Assembly (NCBI GenBank): GCA_030146295.1 | Contig: JASLCD010000202.1 | Span: forward strand, 7,178-71,177 | DNA length: 64,000 nt | Origin: Chryseobacterium sp. | GTDB lineage: Bacteria > Bacteroidota > Bacteroidia > Flavobacteriales > Weeksellaceae | Reading direction: 5' to 3' | Shown: in pieces, positions 47,314-57,870 of the stretch | Layout: each line of letters starts with the position of its first letter | Numbering within the stretch: the first letter of the stretch is position 1 | Position numbers and translations under genes: made by a program | The notes under the pieces: generated by a model | The model's input: the letters and a program-made list of their open reading frames with translations, nothing else | Told to the model about the DNA's origin: nothing | The model's database searches: none

Positions 47314-47901
47314 CTATAATATATTGGGTTTATGTATTTGTCCTTTTGCACGTGTAAGCGATCGCTGGGTAATGCCCAGGTAGGATGCCAGATCCTGGGT
47401 TGCAACTCGCTTTATGAGTATAGGTTCGTTAGTGAGAACATGACTGTATTTATCCAAAGCAGACCTATTATTATAATTAATCATATAGCGTTCTTTTTGG
47501 CTATACTCCCTTTCCATCAACGATTTTATAACTTCGTTCCAAGCAGCCATCTGACTAAGCAGATACTGATAATCAGGAAAGCTTATTCTATAGATTTCGC
47601 TATCTTCTATGGCCTTAATGTTTCTTATGGATTTGTCCTGTTTTACAAACTCCTGAAAGGAAGTAACAAATTCATTTTCAAACTTGAAACAGGTTATATT
47701 TTCTTTCCCCTCCTCGTCAAGAGCATATGCCTTTACAGCTCCACTAGCGATAAATCCAATATAACGGCATGATTCATCCTCACGAATAAAAAAGTCTCCT
47801 TTTTTTAAACGAATCGGTTTAAAAAACTGTAAAGAAAAGTTGATTTCCTCTGCTGACAGTTGTCCTGTTGAGGATAAATAATTTTCAAATACATTACTCA
47901 T
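47314..47901 (-). CDS. Crp/Fnr family regulator
   Basis: cNMP-binding domain; LASYLGITQRSLTR HTH. Confidence 0.9.
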   Translation of the reverse strand: MSNVFENYLSSTGQLSAEEINFSLQFFKPIRLKKGDFFIREDESCRYIGFIASGAVKAYALDEEGKENITCFKFENEFVTSFQEFVKQDKSIRNIKAIEDSEIYRISFPDYQYLLSQMAAWNEVIKSLMEREYSQKERYMINYNNRSALDKYSHVLTNEPILIKRVATQDLASYLGITQRSLTRAKGQIHKPNIL

Positions 47902-48459
47902 TTCTATTATTTGTATTTAAATATTGTTATTAAAATTCTACGGAGTAAATGCCTAATCCATTGGGTAAGTCTTAAGTCCGGTATTATTAAAATCGGTTTT
48001 GATACCTTCCATAATCGTTGAAAGAACCAGCCTTCATATGGGAGTGAGATTTTAATTGAACATTGTAAACATAGTGTATTTACAAAATAAATACAAATGA
48101 TAATATATCAAATAAGCAATTCCTGAATGCAAAATTCAAGATAACAATCTATAAAAAATTTTTATCATCAACCGGTAAAAAGGCAGCTAATATATTGTTG
48201 TCAGCCATCACTTATGCCACCAAAAGACTACGGCATAACGGACTCCTCCCTAAAGGTACCCTCCAATTATTCCGTTTTCTTTTGTTTGATACTATTGACA
48301 ACACTTCATATCTGCTTTCTTTTTTCCTGTTTTTCTTTTGAAAAATATTGATTAAAGCCTAAGGTGGCCTGGAGAGTACTGGGAAGAGAAAATATTGAAA
48401 AGCTTTTGATCTTAAAAAGCTATGGAATAGTTCAATTATTCAAAATATAATTATGCACA

Positions 48460-49458
48460 CTACGAATTACTCTTATTGGCAATGCCCTTTTTTAACGTTA
48501 TTAGAGCAAAGCCAGCAACAATTCCAATTAATGCAGCTACTTTAACGTTTTTGGAAGCATTTAAAGGAGGTATACCGTATATTCTGTGTGGGTCTTTCGA
48601 AGGCTCAAGTATATTCCCCGATACTTCAGGACCATTCTTTATTTTCATCATTAACCGTACACCTGCCGATGCCGTATTGATTACTGCTTTAGGAAAAAGT
48701 CTGTAAATTGAAGTGATTGCATAAGATCTGAAATCGGGAAATAAATCCTTTTGGGGTTTCCTAGCTAATTCTACCATTTTTGCAGCAGTATCCCGGGGAT
48801 CTGAAGCAATGGGAGGTATACCCATCTTAAATCCTGAGTATTTTGCAGAGTGAAGGTTCCCAGTTGATTTTTGAAGTTGGGGGTATAAATTACAGACATG
48901 AATGTTTGCATAATTTGAAATCTCGCCTTGAAGACCATCCATCATACCTTTAATACCATACTTAGTTGCCGAGTATACCGAACTGTAAGGCGCGGGCATA
49001 TACCCTCCAATAGAAACATTATTAATCAATATCCCTTCATTTTGTTTTTTGAAAATTTTAATGGCATTGTACGCTCCATGCATATACCCGAATAGATTAG
49101 TTTTAATAACCTGTTCGTGAATCTCCATTGGAATCTCTTCGAATTTTCCACTCGCCATAACCCCGGCATTATTTACCCATATATCAATTCTGCCAAATCT
49201 GGACAATGTCTCTTCTGCTACCCTTTCTATATCTGCAGCAACGGAGGTATCTGCGGAAATTCCCAATACTTCTACTCCCATTCCTTTGCAGAGCTCAACG
49301 ACCTCGTCTATACCTTCCTGTCCTCTTGCTACGATTACTATATTACATCCTTCCAATGCAAAAGCTTCTGCAGCTGCCCTTCCTACTCCACTACTAGAGC
49401 CTGTTATTACGACTGTTTTTCGTAATAGAGTCTGTTGAAATTGTTCTTCTTTTCTCAT
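48460..49458 (-). CDS. SDR oxidoreductase with C-terminal hydrophobic tail
   Basis: TGSSSGVG, NNAG, YSATK. Confidence 0.9.
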   Translation of the reverse strand: MRKEEQFQQTLLRKTVVITGSSSGVGRAAAEAFALEGCNIVIVARGQEGIDEVVELCKGMGVEVLGISADTSVAADIERVAEETLSRFGRIDIWVNNAGVMASGKFEEIPMEIHEQVIKTNLFGYMHGAYNAIKIFKKQNEGILINNVSIGGYMPAPYSSVYSATKYGIKGMMDGLQGEISNYANIHVCNLYPQLQKSTGNLHSAKYSGFKMGIPPIASDPRDTAAKMVELARKPQKDLFPDFRSYAITSIYRLFPKAVINTASAGVRLMMKIKNGPEVSGNILEPSKDPHRIYGIPPLNASKNVKVAALIGIVAGFALITLKKGIANKSNS

Positions 49459-49927
49459 GTTTAATTTTTTTTCAATTCGGTAACAAATAGAACATGTATT
49501 GTGCCAGATGTGTAATTTTTAGGATATAGTGTACATTCATCCAAATTTTTACATTCAAAATAATAATGGTTTTAGCAAAGGCACATGTTTAGAATCAATT
49601 GGTTTTATAAAAAATATTGCAAATCCATTTTTTGGTGTAATTGGTCTTATTATTGGATACGTTTTATTACACCACACACAAAAATATCCTTTTATGAAGA
49701 TAATTGCAGAACATTTGAAACCGCTTCGTTTCTCTTACCATCAGTTTAAAAACATCGAAAATTATAAAATGAATAATCTATTTTTCATTTAAGAAACTCT
49801 GTCATACTTTTCAAAGTTTAATTCAATAATCATAAGTGAAACCTAAGGAGTCTGATTTTGATTCTGTTACTTTTATAATGTTAAGTAAAAATTATATAAA
49901 TGATTTTTACAGGTAATACTATACATC

Positions 49928-50890
49928 ATGAAAACAATTAATAATTTTTGGGAAATACTTAAAAGCACTTATAAAGACTGGAGTGCGCGGGATCTGGGAA
50001 CTGAGGCTGCGAGTTTAGCCTATACTGCAATTTTTTCGATTCCGGGACTACTAATTATAGTTATATGGCTCACAGGTATATTCTTTGGTGAAGAAGCGGT
50101 ACGGGGAGAAATAACTAAGTTCATCGGGAGCATGATGGGTAGAGATGTTGGCAAGAGTCTTGAAGAAATGGTTGTAGCAGGCATGGTGGATAAAAAAAAT
50201 ATCATTATGAAAATCATTGGAATTGTGACTCTTGTTTTTGGTGCCACCTCACTTTTCTTCCAATTTCAAAAATCGCTCAATAAGCTGTGGGATATCGTGG
50301 TGACTCCTAAAAAGGCCTGGGAAAAATATCTTCTCGACCGAGCAAATTCTTTGGGGATGATTATTGTAATTGCGTTTCTTATGCTCATTACCTTGCTCAT
50401 AAGCTCTTTTATCGGTCTCGCTAATGATTGGGTTATCCATCGTTTTGGGTTGGAAACCCTGGTTCTGATGAATATCATTAATATTGTTGTAGGCTTTCTC
50501 GTTACGTTATTTCTTTTCGCCGCCATGTTCAAAATTCTACCAGATGTTGAGTTACAATGGAGATCTGTATGGGTAGGTGCCGCAGTAACGGCTGCACTTT
50601 TTACACTTGGGAAGTATATCCTCACATTTTATTTTGAAACGTTCAATCCCAGTTCTGCGTTTGGTACAGCCGGAACAGTTATTTTACTGTTACTTTGGAT
50701 CAATTACACCTGTCAGATTATTTTCTTTGGTGCAGAATTCACTAAGGTATATGCTAAAAAAATGGGGCATCAACTACAACCTTCAAAACATGCAAAATGG
50801 AGCCCCCAAATAGTATCAAAAGAAGATTCGCAAAATATAGTATCTGCTGAAAAAAATTCCGAAAAAACAATGAAAGATTCAACGATTTAA
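49928..50890 (+). CDS. YihY/BrkB family membrane protein
   Basis: AASLAYTAIFSIP, FKILPD, FGTAG...LLWINY...FFGAEF. Confidence 0.9.
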   Translation: MKTINNFWEILKSTYKDWSARDLGTEAASLAYTAIFSIPGLLIIVIWLTGIFFGEEAVRGEITKFIGSMMGRDVGKSLEEMVVAGMVDKKNIIMKIIGIVTLVFGATSLFFQFQKSLNKLWDIVVTPKKAWEKYLLDRANSLGMIIVIAFLMLITLLISSFIGLANDWVIHRFGLETLVLMNIINIVVGFLVTLFLFAAMFKILPDVELQWRSVWVGAAVTAALFTLGKYILTFYFETFNPSSAFGTAGTVILLLLWINYTCQIIFFGAEFTKVYAKKMGHQLQPSKHAKWSPQIVSKEDSQNIVSAEKNSEKTMKDSTI

Positions 50891-51276
50891 GATCAAAAAC
50901 TTATAAAAGAATCTTTCATTGTTTTAAATTAACGTTCAATATCCTATTTCTGCCACTGGTGTATGTTGCACAACAGGACATATGAAAAATGGAATATTTT
51001 TCATCATCTAACAAAAATCTTTTTGATATTAGGAATGCAGAGGATATTGAATATGAAATGGAAGTATTCCTGACAAATTTTAGAATACAATCCACTTTGA
51101 GGATTAGATTATAGTTGCTTATAGAATAATCACTCAAAGGGGTATGCTGTTCATAAAGCTCAAAATATTTTGTATAAATTCTGTGAAGAATAAATAAAAA
51201 ACACATTTATCGAAAAAAAAAGAGGTAATAGTTTTAGAGTCTAAATATCGAAATTATTTAACCAAGTGCCTCCCTA

Positions 51277-51942
51277 TTATTTCTTTTCGACAGCGTATTC
51301 ATCATAGACAATATTAATGAGGTCATCAGAATTAATATTTCGCGAAAAAATGGGATAGTGAAAAGCATCAAGCTTGTTAAGAATACGAATGAGGTCCATC
51401 TTTTCTTTATGAGTAAGGTTTCCGGCAACAATATTCGTTGCCTGACGAATTTTTTCCATCTGCCTTTCGAGAACAACCAATCCTTTTTCTGAAATACGGA
51501 TGAGCTTGCTTCGTTTGTCCATATCAGACTCTGTCTGCTCAACGAGTTTCTGACGAAGCAGCCTTGCAATAATAAGCATACCTACTGGCTTATCATGAAT
51601 ATTTTTTTTGATAAGTGCCATTTTAGTCATTTCGCCAAAAGCTTTTAAGTTGATCAGGTAAATAAAGTCTTCCTGCGTTGAAAATTCAGAATTAATGATA
51701 GCCGACTTTGAATAGGTTTTAGCGTATCGGTTTATATGGACCAGTAATGTACTAATTGCACTTTCAGCGGTCCTGCCATTCTCTTTTCCTTCCCAATACG
51801 GCTCATCAACAATTTTCTCTCCACCAGAAATCCATGATTTAAAGCCTTCAATAGTAGGTGGATAAGAATTTGAAGATGCGTTATTATCTGATTCAAACTG
51901 CTCAAGAAGAGCTATAAAGTCTTTGATTAGGGTAAAATTCAT
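51277..51942 (-). CDS. MarR-family regulator, paralog of 57871-58527
   Basis: FSTQEDFIYLI, MTKMALI, DKRSKLIRISEKG. Confidence 0.85.
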   Translation of the reverse strand: MNFTLIKDFIALLEQFESDNNASSNSYPPTIEGFKSWISGGEKIVDEPYWEGKENGRTAESAISTLLVHINRYAKTYSKSAIINSEFSTQEDFIYLINLKAFGEMTKMALIKKNIHDKPVGMLIIARLLRQKLVEQTESDMDKRSKLIRISEKGLVVLERQMEKIRQATNIVAGNLTHKEKMDLIRILNKLDAFHYPIFSRNINSDDLINIVYDEYAVEKK

Positions 51943-52124
51943 TTCAATTAAATACTATACAAATATACCTGCTTTTAATTTAATATTTATTCTCTGCTCA
52001 CTAGATATTGAGTTTATTCAAAGAATAATAAAAAAGAGGAAACAATTACTATTTTTAAAACATGTAAGCAAATTTCTTACAAAGCAAAAAAGAATATAAA
52101 TAAACCAAATTAAAAAGTAAGAAA

Positions 52125-52155
52125 ACTGTCCGAAACTTTATCAGTTTCGGACAGT
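52125..52155 (-). terminator. Terminator hairpin
   Basis: ACTGTCCGAAACT-N5-AGTTTCGGACAGT. Confidence 0.7.
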
Positions 52156-52175
52156 CTGTATATAAAGTCTTTGAA

Positions 52176-52475
52176 TTAATTTGTTCTTTTTCTCCATTCA
52201 GCCTTTACATCTTCAGCTGCATCTTTTGTACTTTCCCAGGCTTCATCGGCTTTATCTTTAATATCTTCCCATGCCTCGGACACATTTGACTTTACCTTAT
52301 CTAACCAGTCTTCCTGCGTCGCTTCCTGATCATTATCTCTTTTTTCATTGATATAATCTTTCGCTTTATCCGCTAATTCACTGATCTTCCATTTTGCATT
52401 ATCAGCCGCATTTTTTAAAGAATTTTCTGTTTCATTAACTGCATTTTCCGCTTTGTTATAATCTGAATTATTCAT
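52176..52475 (-). CDS. CsbD/LEA-like hydrophilic stress protein
   Basis: 11-mer amphipathic repeats (EAWEDIKDKAD / EAWESTKDAAE). Confidence 0.65.
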   Translation of the reverse strand: MNNSDYNKAENAVNETENSLKNAADNAKWKISELADKAKDYINEKRDNDQEATQEDWLDKVKSNVSEAWEDIKDKADEAWESTKDAAEDVKAEWRKRTN

Positions 52476-52678
52476 AATATAATATTTTAGTAATTGGTAT
52501 ATAAATAAACAATGTTTATGCCTAAAACGTTTGTCTAAATGTTAAAATCTCTTAAAATATTAAATCATCATTTTAAAAAATCATAGTTCATTCAATGATG
52601 CAGCTCATAACCAATGACATACTTCGTCAAGCATCCTATAATATCTTTCACTGTTAATGGCAGCCTATGATGCTGGCA

Positions 52679-53269
52679 TTAAATCTTCTCTAAAAGATGG
52701 CCAAAGTATTTTTTCTTCTTCACAAGATAACTTTCATTCACTTCATTGGAATCGATTTCCAAAGGAACTCTGCTATTGAGAATAATCCCACTATTCTCTA
52801 TTGATCTGATCTTATCCGGGTTATTAGTCAAAAGATTGATCTTCCTGATTTCTAAAATATTCAGCATTTCAACGGCTATGTCAAAGTTTCTTCCGTCTGC
52901 CGGGAGCCCTAGTTTCAAATTGGCTTCAACAGTATCCAATCCTTTCTCCTGAAGTTCATAAGCCCTGAGTTTATTAATAATTCCGATATTTCTTCCTTCC
53001 TGACGAAGGTAAATGATCACTCCCCCATTTTCCGACATATATTTCATAGCGGCATCAAGTTGTTGTCCACATTCACATTTTTTGGAATGAAAAACCTCTC
53101 CTGTAATACATTCTGAATGAAAACGAACATTGACAGTTGTGTTAAAATCTGTATTCTCAGCTACCCAAACCAGATGAGGACTCCAGTCTTCTTCCTTCTC
53201 TGAAAATGCATATACTATGAACATCCCATATTCTGTAGGTATTTTTGATTGTGCTTGTATTTTGAGCAT
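52679..53269 (-). CDS. ribA: GTP cyclohydrolase II
   Basis: VRFHSECITG, CECGQQL, QEGRNIG, DTVEAN, LLTNNPDK. Confidence 0.95.
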   Translation of the reverse strand: MLKIQAQSKIPTEYGMFIVYAFSEKEEDWSPHLVWVAENTDFNTTVNVRFHSECITGEVFHSKKCECGQQLDAAMKYMSENGGVIIYLRQEGRNIGIINKLRAYELQEKGLDTVEANLKLGLPADGRNFDIAVEMLNILEIRKINLLTNNPDKIRSIENSGIILNSRVPLEIDSNEVNESYLVKKKKYFGHLLEKI

Positions 53270-53293
53270 TTTTTCTGATTTTAAGTTAATAAT

Positions 53294-53842
53294 CTATTTT
53301 TCAAACGGACTTTTTTTGTCCTGTTTTACCCATATCAATTTTGAAGTATCATAACCGATCTCCTGAGCCTTACTGATAAAATTTTGTTTTATATTTTCGG
53401 GAATGGTCTTTTCACGGGATAGAACCCACAAATAATTTAAGTTTTTGCCAGCAATCAATGCGTATTTGTAATCTTCCAGGGCTACAACGTTATATCCGCT
53501 GTAAAAAGGGCCGAAAAAACTTACTTTCAGAGCTGCAGTATTCTTGTCCCCTCTAAATTTAGCTGTTCCATTGACAGACACCCATTTATTCTTTTTAATA
53601 TTGTACCCGCTGTTAACTACGTTTACATTTCCCTCCTCATTAAGACTGTACTGAGCGATTGCATTATCAAGATCTTTTTCAAAACGATAATCGAATCTGG
53701 CTATCTCATACCATGTCCCTAAATATCTATTGACATCAAATTGGTCAACAGGCTGCGCTTTTTCGGGCATAGAACAACAAGAAGACAAAATGTTTAAAAG
53801 CGCGAAACTTGATAATAAGGTAAGGATGATTTTATTTTTCAT
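53294..53842 (-). CDS. blc: Bacterial lipocalin
   Basis: RYLGTWYEIAR, LKVSFFGPF, LWVLSR. Confidence 0.9.
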   Translation of the reverse strand: MKNKIILTLLSSFALLNILSSCCSMPEKAQPVDQFDVNRYLGTWYEIARFDYRFEKDLDNAIAQYSLNEEGNVNVVNSGYNIKKNKWVSVNGTAKFRGDKNTAALKVSFFGPFYSGYNVVALEDYKYALIAGKNLNYLWVLSREKTIPENIKQNFISKAQEIGYDTSKLIWVKQDKKSPFEK

Positions 53843-54521
53843 TTTTAGTTATTTTTTTAAAGAAATAAATATTAAGTAAAAACTGACTGTAGCCATAAAC
53901 GGCATCTTCTATAGGGATAGTTCCCATTCTAATTCCTAAAAAGTCATCGGGATTATAGTTAACAACCGGCGAAGAAATAAAAGAACCTGTAAGAATTCCA
54001 TTCACTGCAAAAAAACCGGGCATCAAAATCAGATATATCAGACTAACCTTTCCTATCCATTGTTTGTGAGCAATAAAATGAAGATAAAATAGGGTAAATA
54101 GTGTTACCATTACCGTAAGCAACGTGTATATTCTTTCATAATAAAGAAAACCAACCACACCAAGGATAATAAAGGATGTGAATACGATGAGATTATTAAA
54201 AGCGTCGGCCCAATCAGGATGATAGAATTTCTCAATGCAGTAATAAGTAAAAACACAGGCGAAAGGAATACAGTAAAAAAACAGCCATTCTTCAACAGGA
54301 AGTCCTGCTATTTTAAATCCTAAGGTATAATGGAGATCAAACCACCATACTCCTTTTGCCGTAAACCAAATATCCCAGGCAATAAAGGGAATGGCTACAA
54401 TGGTGGAAGACAGCAAAAATTTCCCAAAAAGTTTATTAAACTGTATTCTTCTGTCAAAAGATGCAAGAAAACAGATAATGACAGTGAAGAAGTTAATCAG
54501 TAGGTAAGTATAAGGCATCAT
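53832..54521 (-). CDS. crtY: Membrane-type (CrtYcd-like) lycopene cyclase
   Basis: Two repeats with PVEE and PIED motifs; lies in the crt operon. Confidence 0.85.
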   Translation of the reverse strand: MMPYTYLLINFFTVIICFLASFDRRIQFNKLFGKFLLSSTIVAIPFIAWDIWFTAKGVWWFDLHYTLGFKIAGLPVEEWLFFYCIPFACVFTYYCIEKFYHPDWADAFNNLIVFTSFIILGVVGFLYYERIYTLLTVMVTLFTLFYLHFIAHKQWIGKVSLIYLILMPGFFAVNGILTGSFISSPVVNYNPDDFLGIRMGTIPIEDAVYGYSQFLLNIYFFKKITKNEK

Positions 54522-54970
54522 TTTTTATTGAAATACATTTTAAAATATTTAACAGGAACCCACAGAAAGCCAAAACATTCTCCTTTTTCTTTACCCAAAT
54601 GTTTGTGATGTTGCTTATGGGCTCGTCTTATGGCAAGGAAGTAAGGGCTTTTTGTTTTTGTAAAAATTTTTGCTCTCTGGTGAATAAAAATATCATGCAC
54701 AAAGAAATAGGCCATTCCATAAAGGCTTATTCCCAGACCGATAAAAAACCAATAACTGAAATTCTGCTGTACTCCCAGATATAATAAGGCAATAGCCGGG
54801 CTTGCAAAAATGAAAAAGAACCAATCATTCCTTTCAAGCTTGCCATCATGGCTATGATCATGATGATCCCGGTGCAGGATCCACAGGAAACCGTGCATAA
54901 TATACCGATGGATCAGCCATGTAGCTCCTTCCATGGAAATAAACACTCCCAAAACGATCAGAATATTCAT
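54518..54970 (-). CDS. crtZ: Beta-carotene hydroxylase
   Basis: HRYIMHG, HRDHH, ERND, HDIFIHQR, HKQHH. Confidence 0.9.
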   Translation of the reverse strand: MNILIVLGVFISMEGATWLIHRYIMHGFLWILHRDHHDHSHDGKLERNDWFFFIFASPAIALLYLGVQQNFSYWFFIGLGISLYGMAYFFVHDIFIHQRAKIFTKTKSPYFLAIRRAHKQHHKHLGKEKGECFGFLWVPVKYFKMYFNKK

Positions 54971-54971
54971 T

Positions 54972-55439
54972 TTATTTATGTTTATCGTTAAAAAGATCAT
55001 TCAAAACCCTGTATCTGAAATCGAAAATACTTTTAAGCTTTTCTTTTACGAATAACCGATGGGCTATTGTACCTAAAATCCCCATCGGAAGTTCATAGTC
55101 TACTGTATCTTGCATGAGTACTCCATGCTCATTAGGAACAAATTCATGAAAATGATTCCAATGCTTATATGGACCATCTTTCTGAAAGTCTGTAAAACTT
55201 TTATAGTCTTCAACCTGGCTGATAATGGTTTTCCATCTCATGGGAATCCCCAATAAAGGAGAGACGGTATAATCTATTTCCATTCCTTTAAAAATAGGCT
55301 TATCCTTCACATCGGAAAGAACCACAAAACCCATGCTCTTAGGGGTTATTTCTGATAAATTATGAGGGGATGAAAAAAACTTCCATGCCGTTTCAATATT
55401 GCAACTCAGCTGTTGTTCTCTGTATAATCTGTACATCAT
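54972..55439 (-). CDS. SRPBCC family protein
   Basis: FFSSPHNLSEITP, FTDFQKDGPYKHWNHFH. Confidence 0.85.
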   Translation of the reverse strand: MMYRLYREQQLSCNIETAWKFFSSPHNLSEITPKSMGFVVLSDVKDKPIFKGMEIDYTVSPLLGIPMRWKTIISQVEDYKSFTDFQKDGPYKHWNHFHEFVPNEHGVLMQDTVDYELPMGILGTIAHRLFVKEKLKSIFDFRYRVLNDLFNDKHK

Positions 55440-55497
55440 TTATTTTTTATTTATTGTTAAACGCTCCAAAAAATCATTTTCAAACGCAATTTTGTGG

Positions 55498-56334
55498 TCA
55501 GAAATAAGCAGATTTGTAACGGATATAACTTTTAAAAGCAACCAGCAACTTTTGTGAATTGGCAATTCTGATTCTTTGCTGCAATATATTCTGAGAGCTT
55601 GTTCTTTTTATTTTCTCAAACAGAGAAAGATAATATCTGTAGGCAAGGTATACTCCGAAAATGGATGATCCAGGCAGTTTCTTAATTCCCTGCAATGCTT
55701 CTCTGAATTCTTCTTCAATTTCCTTTTCAATCTGCGTTTTAACAGTATTATTAAAGACTGACATATTCAAAGACGGAAAATAAGTTCTTCCTAAAATTTG
55801 ATAATCATCTTTCAGATCCCGTAAAAAATTAACTTTCTGAAAAGCAGATCCTAGTTTCATGGCAAAGGGTTTCAGTTTATCATACTGCTGTTTATCACCT
55901 TCTGTGAATATCTGCAGACACATCAGCCCTACCACTTCTGCAGATCCATAGATGTATTCTTTATACAATTCGGAATTATAATCAATTTTATGAAGATCCA
56001 TTTCCATACTGTGTAAAAACTGATCAATCAACTGCCTGTTTATATCATACTTACGAACTGTTTCCTGAAATGAATGCAAAATAGGATTGAGTGATATACC
56101 GTCTTCAAGCGCTTCATAAGTTTCAGACCTTAATCTCTTCAGAAGTTTCTCTCTATCATAGCCATGAAAGCTATCTACAATTTCATCTGCCACGCGCACA
56201 TAACCATAAACTGCATAAATAGCAGGCCTGATAGAAGGCTTGAGGGCAAGTATTCCCAACGAAAAACTGGTACTGTATTTTTGTGTAGTGTACTTACTTA
56301 CTTCGTAAGACAATTCATCAAACAGCTTTTTCAT
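55498..56334 (-). CDS. crtB: Phytoene synthase
   Basis: YSTSF, RVADEIVD, FQKVNFLRDLKDD. Confidence 0.95.
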   Translation of the reverse strand: MKKLFDELSYEVSKYTTQKYSTSFSLGILALKPSIRPAIYAVYGYVRVADEIVDSFHGYDREKLLKRLRSETYEALEDGISLNPILHSFQETVRKYDINRQLIDQFLHSMEMDLHKIDYNSELYKEYIYGSAEVVGLMCLQIFTEGDKQQYDKLKPFAMKLGSAFQKVNFLRDLKDDYQILGRTYFPSLNMSVFNNTVKTQIEKEIEEEFREALQGIKKLPGSSIFGVYLAYRYYLSLFEKIKRTSSQNILQQRIRIANSQKLLVAFKSYIRYKSAYF

Positions 56335-56335
56335 A

Positions 56336-57826
56336 TTATTTTATTTTTAGTTTACTAACTTCAGCCGCCACAATTTTCCCTGAAATTACCGAGGGAGGAA
56401 CGCCAGGACCGGGAACTGTTAACTGTCCTGTATAAAAAAGATTTCTGAGCTTTCTGTTTCTTATTTTGGGTTTTAAGACCGCTGTCTGTGATAAAGTATT
56501 GGATAGTCCGTATGCATTACCTTCATATGCATTATAATCGGAAATAAAATCACTTACACAATAGCTTCTTTTGTATTCAATTCTGGAAATGAGATCAACA
56601 TCACCGGTATGCTTTTCAATTCGCTTAAGCATCTCCATCAAGTATTTTTCTCTGGTAGATTCTTCATCATGTATTCCAGGAGCAAGAGGTAACAGCAAAA
56701 AGAGATTTTCACAATCTTCAGGAGCAACATCCGGATCTGTTTTGGAAGGACAACATGTATAAAAAAGAGGCTTATTGGGCCATTTTTTATTTTTATAAAT
56801 ACAATCTATATGATTATCAAGTTCATTTTCAAAAAACAAAGTATGATGCTTTAAATGGGGTATTCTTCCTCTGATTCCTAAATAATAAATAAGACAAGAA
56901 GGTGCGAAAGTTCTCGTCTTCCAATATTCTTTATTATAGTTTCTGAGAGATTTGGGGAGTAACGTTTCTGTATGATGATAATCTGAGGAAGCGATTATGG
57001 CATCAAATTCATGTGTTTCACCATCAATTGTTACAGAAGATACCTTTCCGTTTTCTGTATTGATTTTCTGTACTTCCTGATTAAAATGAAATGTTACTCC
57101 CTGTCTTTCCGCCACTTCCTTCATTGCGAGAACAAGTTGATAAAATCCCCCCATTGGGTATTTTGTTCCCAAAACATACCCTCCGTAATTCATAAGGCTG
57201 TATAAGGCAGGAATATTCTTTGGGGAAGCTCCAAGAAATATAACAGGAAATTCCATTAATGATCTGAGTCTCGGATCAGTAAAATACCCTGAAACATATT
57301 TTCTGAAATTGCTTAAAAGATCAAGTTTCATTGCACTTCCCGCTATTTTTAAAGAAGCAAATTCCAGCCAGTGATAACAAGGTTTTGTTACAAACTCTTT
57401 CATCCCTACCTCATATTTGAATCGGGCAGACTGCATAAATTGATCGTATTGCATAGCGGCTCCGGTTTCTATTTTTTCAAAGAGCTTGCGGATTTCTTCA
57501 TTTTTCTTGGGAACTGCAATCTTTTCTTCTGAAAAAACCATTTCAAACTGAGGATCCAAAGAAACAAGATTAAAAAAATCGGATGCTTTACAGCCAAAAT
57601 CACTAAAAAAACCCTCTATTATATCCGGCATCCAGTACCAGCTGGGCCCCATGTCGAACACATATCCTTCATTGGTTTTAAATTGTCTTGCACGGCCCCC
57701 CGGCTGATGGTGCTTTTCAAATACGTGTACTTCATTACCTGATTTTGCTGCATAAGCTGCCGCTGAAATTCCGGAAAATCCGGAACCTATCACCGCAATT
57801 TTCTTTCTTAAGCTTCCACTATTCAT
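56336..57826 (-). CDS. crtI: Phytoene desaturase
   Basis: IGSGFSG, FDMGPSWYWMP, GQLTVPGPGVPP. Confidence 0.95.
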   Translation of the reverse strand: MNSGSLRKKIAVIGSGFSGISAAAYAAKSGNEVHVFEKHHQPGGRARQFKTNEGYVFDMGPSWYWMPDIIEGFFSDFGCKASDFFNLVSLDPQFEMVFSEEKIAVPKKNEEIRKLFEKIETGAAMQYDQFMQSARFKYEVGMKEFVTKPCYHWLEFASLKIAGSAMKLDLLSNFRKYVSGYFTDPRLRSLMEFPVIFLGASPKNIPALYSLMNYGGYVLGTKYPMGGFYQLVLAMKEVAERQGVTFHFNQEVQKINTENGKVSSVTIDGETHEFDAIIASSDYHHTETLLPKSLRNYNKEYWKTRTFAPSCLIYYLGIRGRIPHLKHHTLFFENELDNHIDCIYKNKKWPNKPLFYTCCPSKTDPDVAPEDCENLFLLLPLAPGIHDEESTREKYLMEMLKRIEKHTGDVDLISRIEYKRSYCVSDFISDYNAYEGNAYGLSNTLSQTAVLKPKIRNRKLRNLFYTGQLTVPGPGVPPSVISGKIVAAEVSKLKIK

Positions 57827-57870
57827 TGTTGTTTATTTAATAGTTTTTAACAGACTCTCTTAATATGTTA

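Noticed and set aside
49529..49792. 87-aa GTG ORF (and the similar 50916-51206 ORF)
   Set aside because: No recognisable features; occupies promoter or intergenic space.
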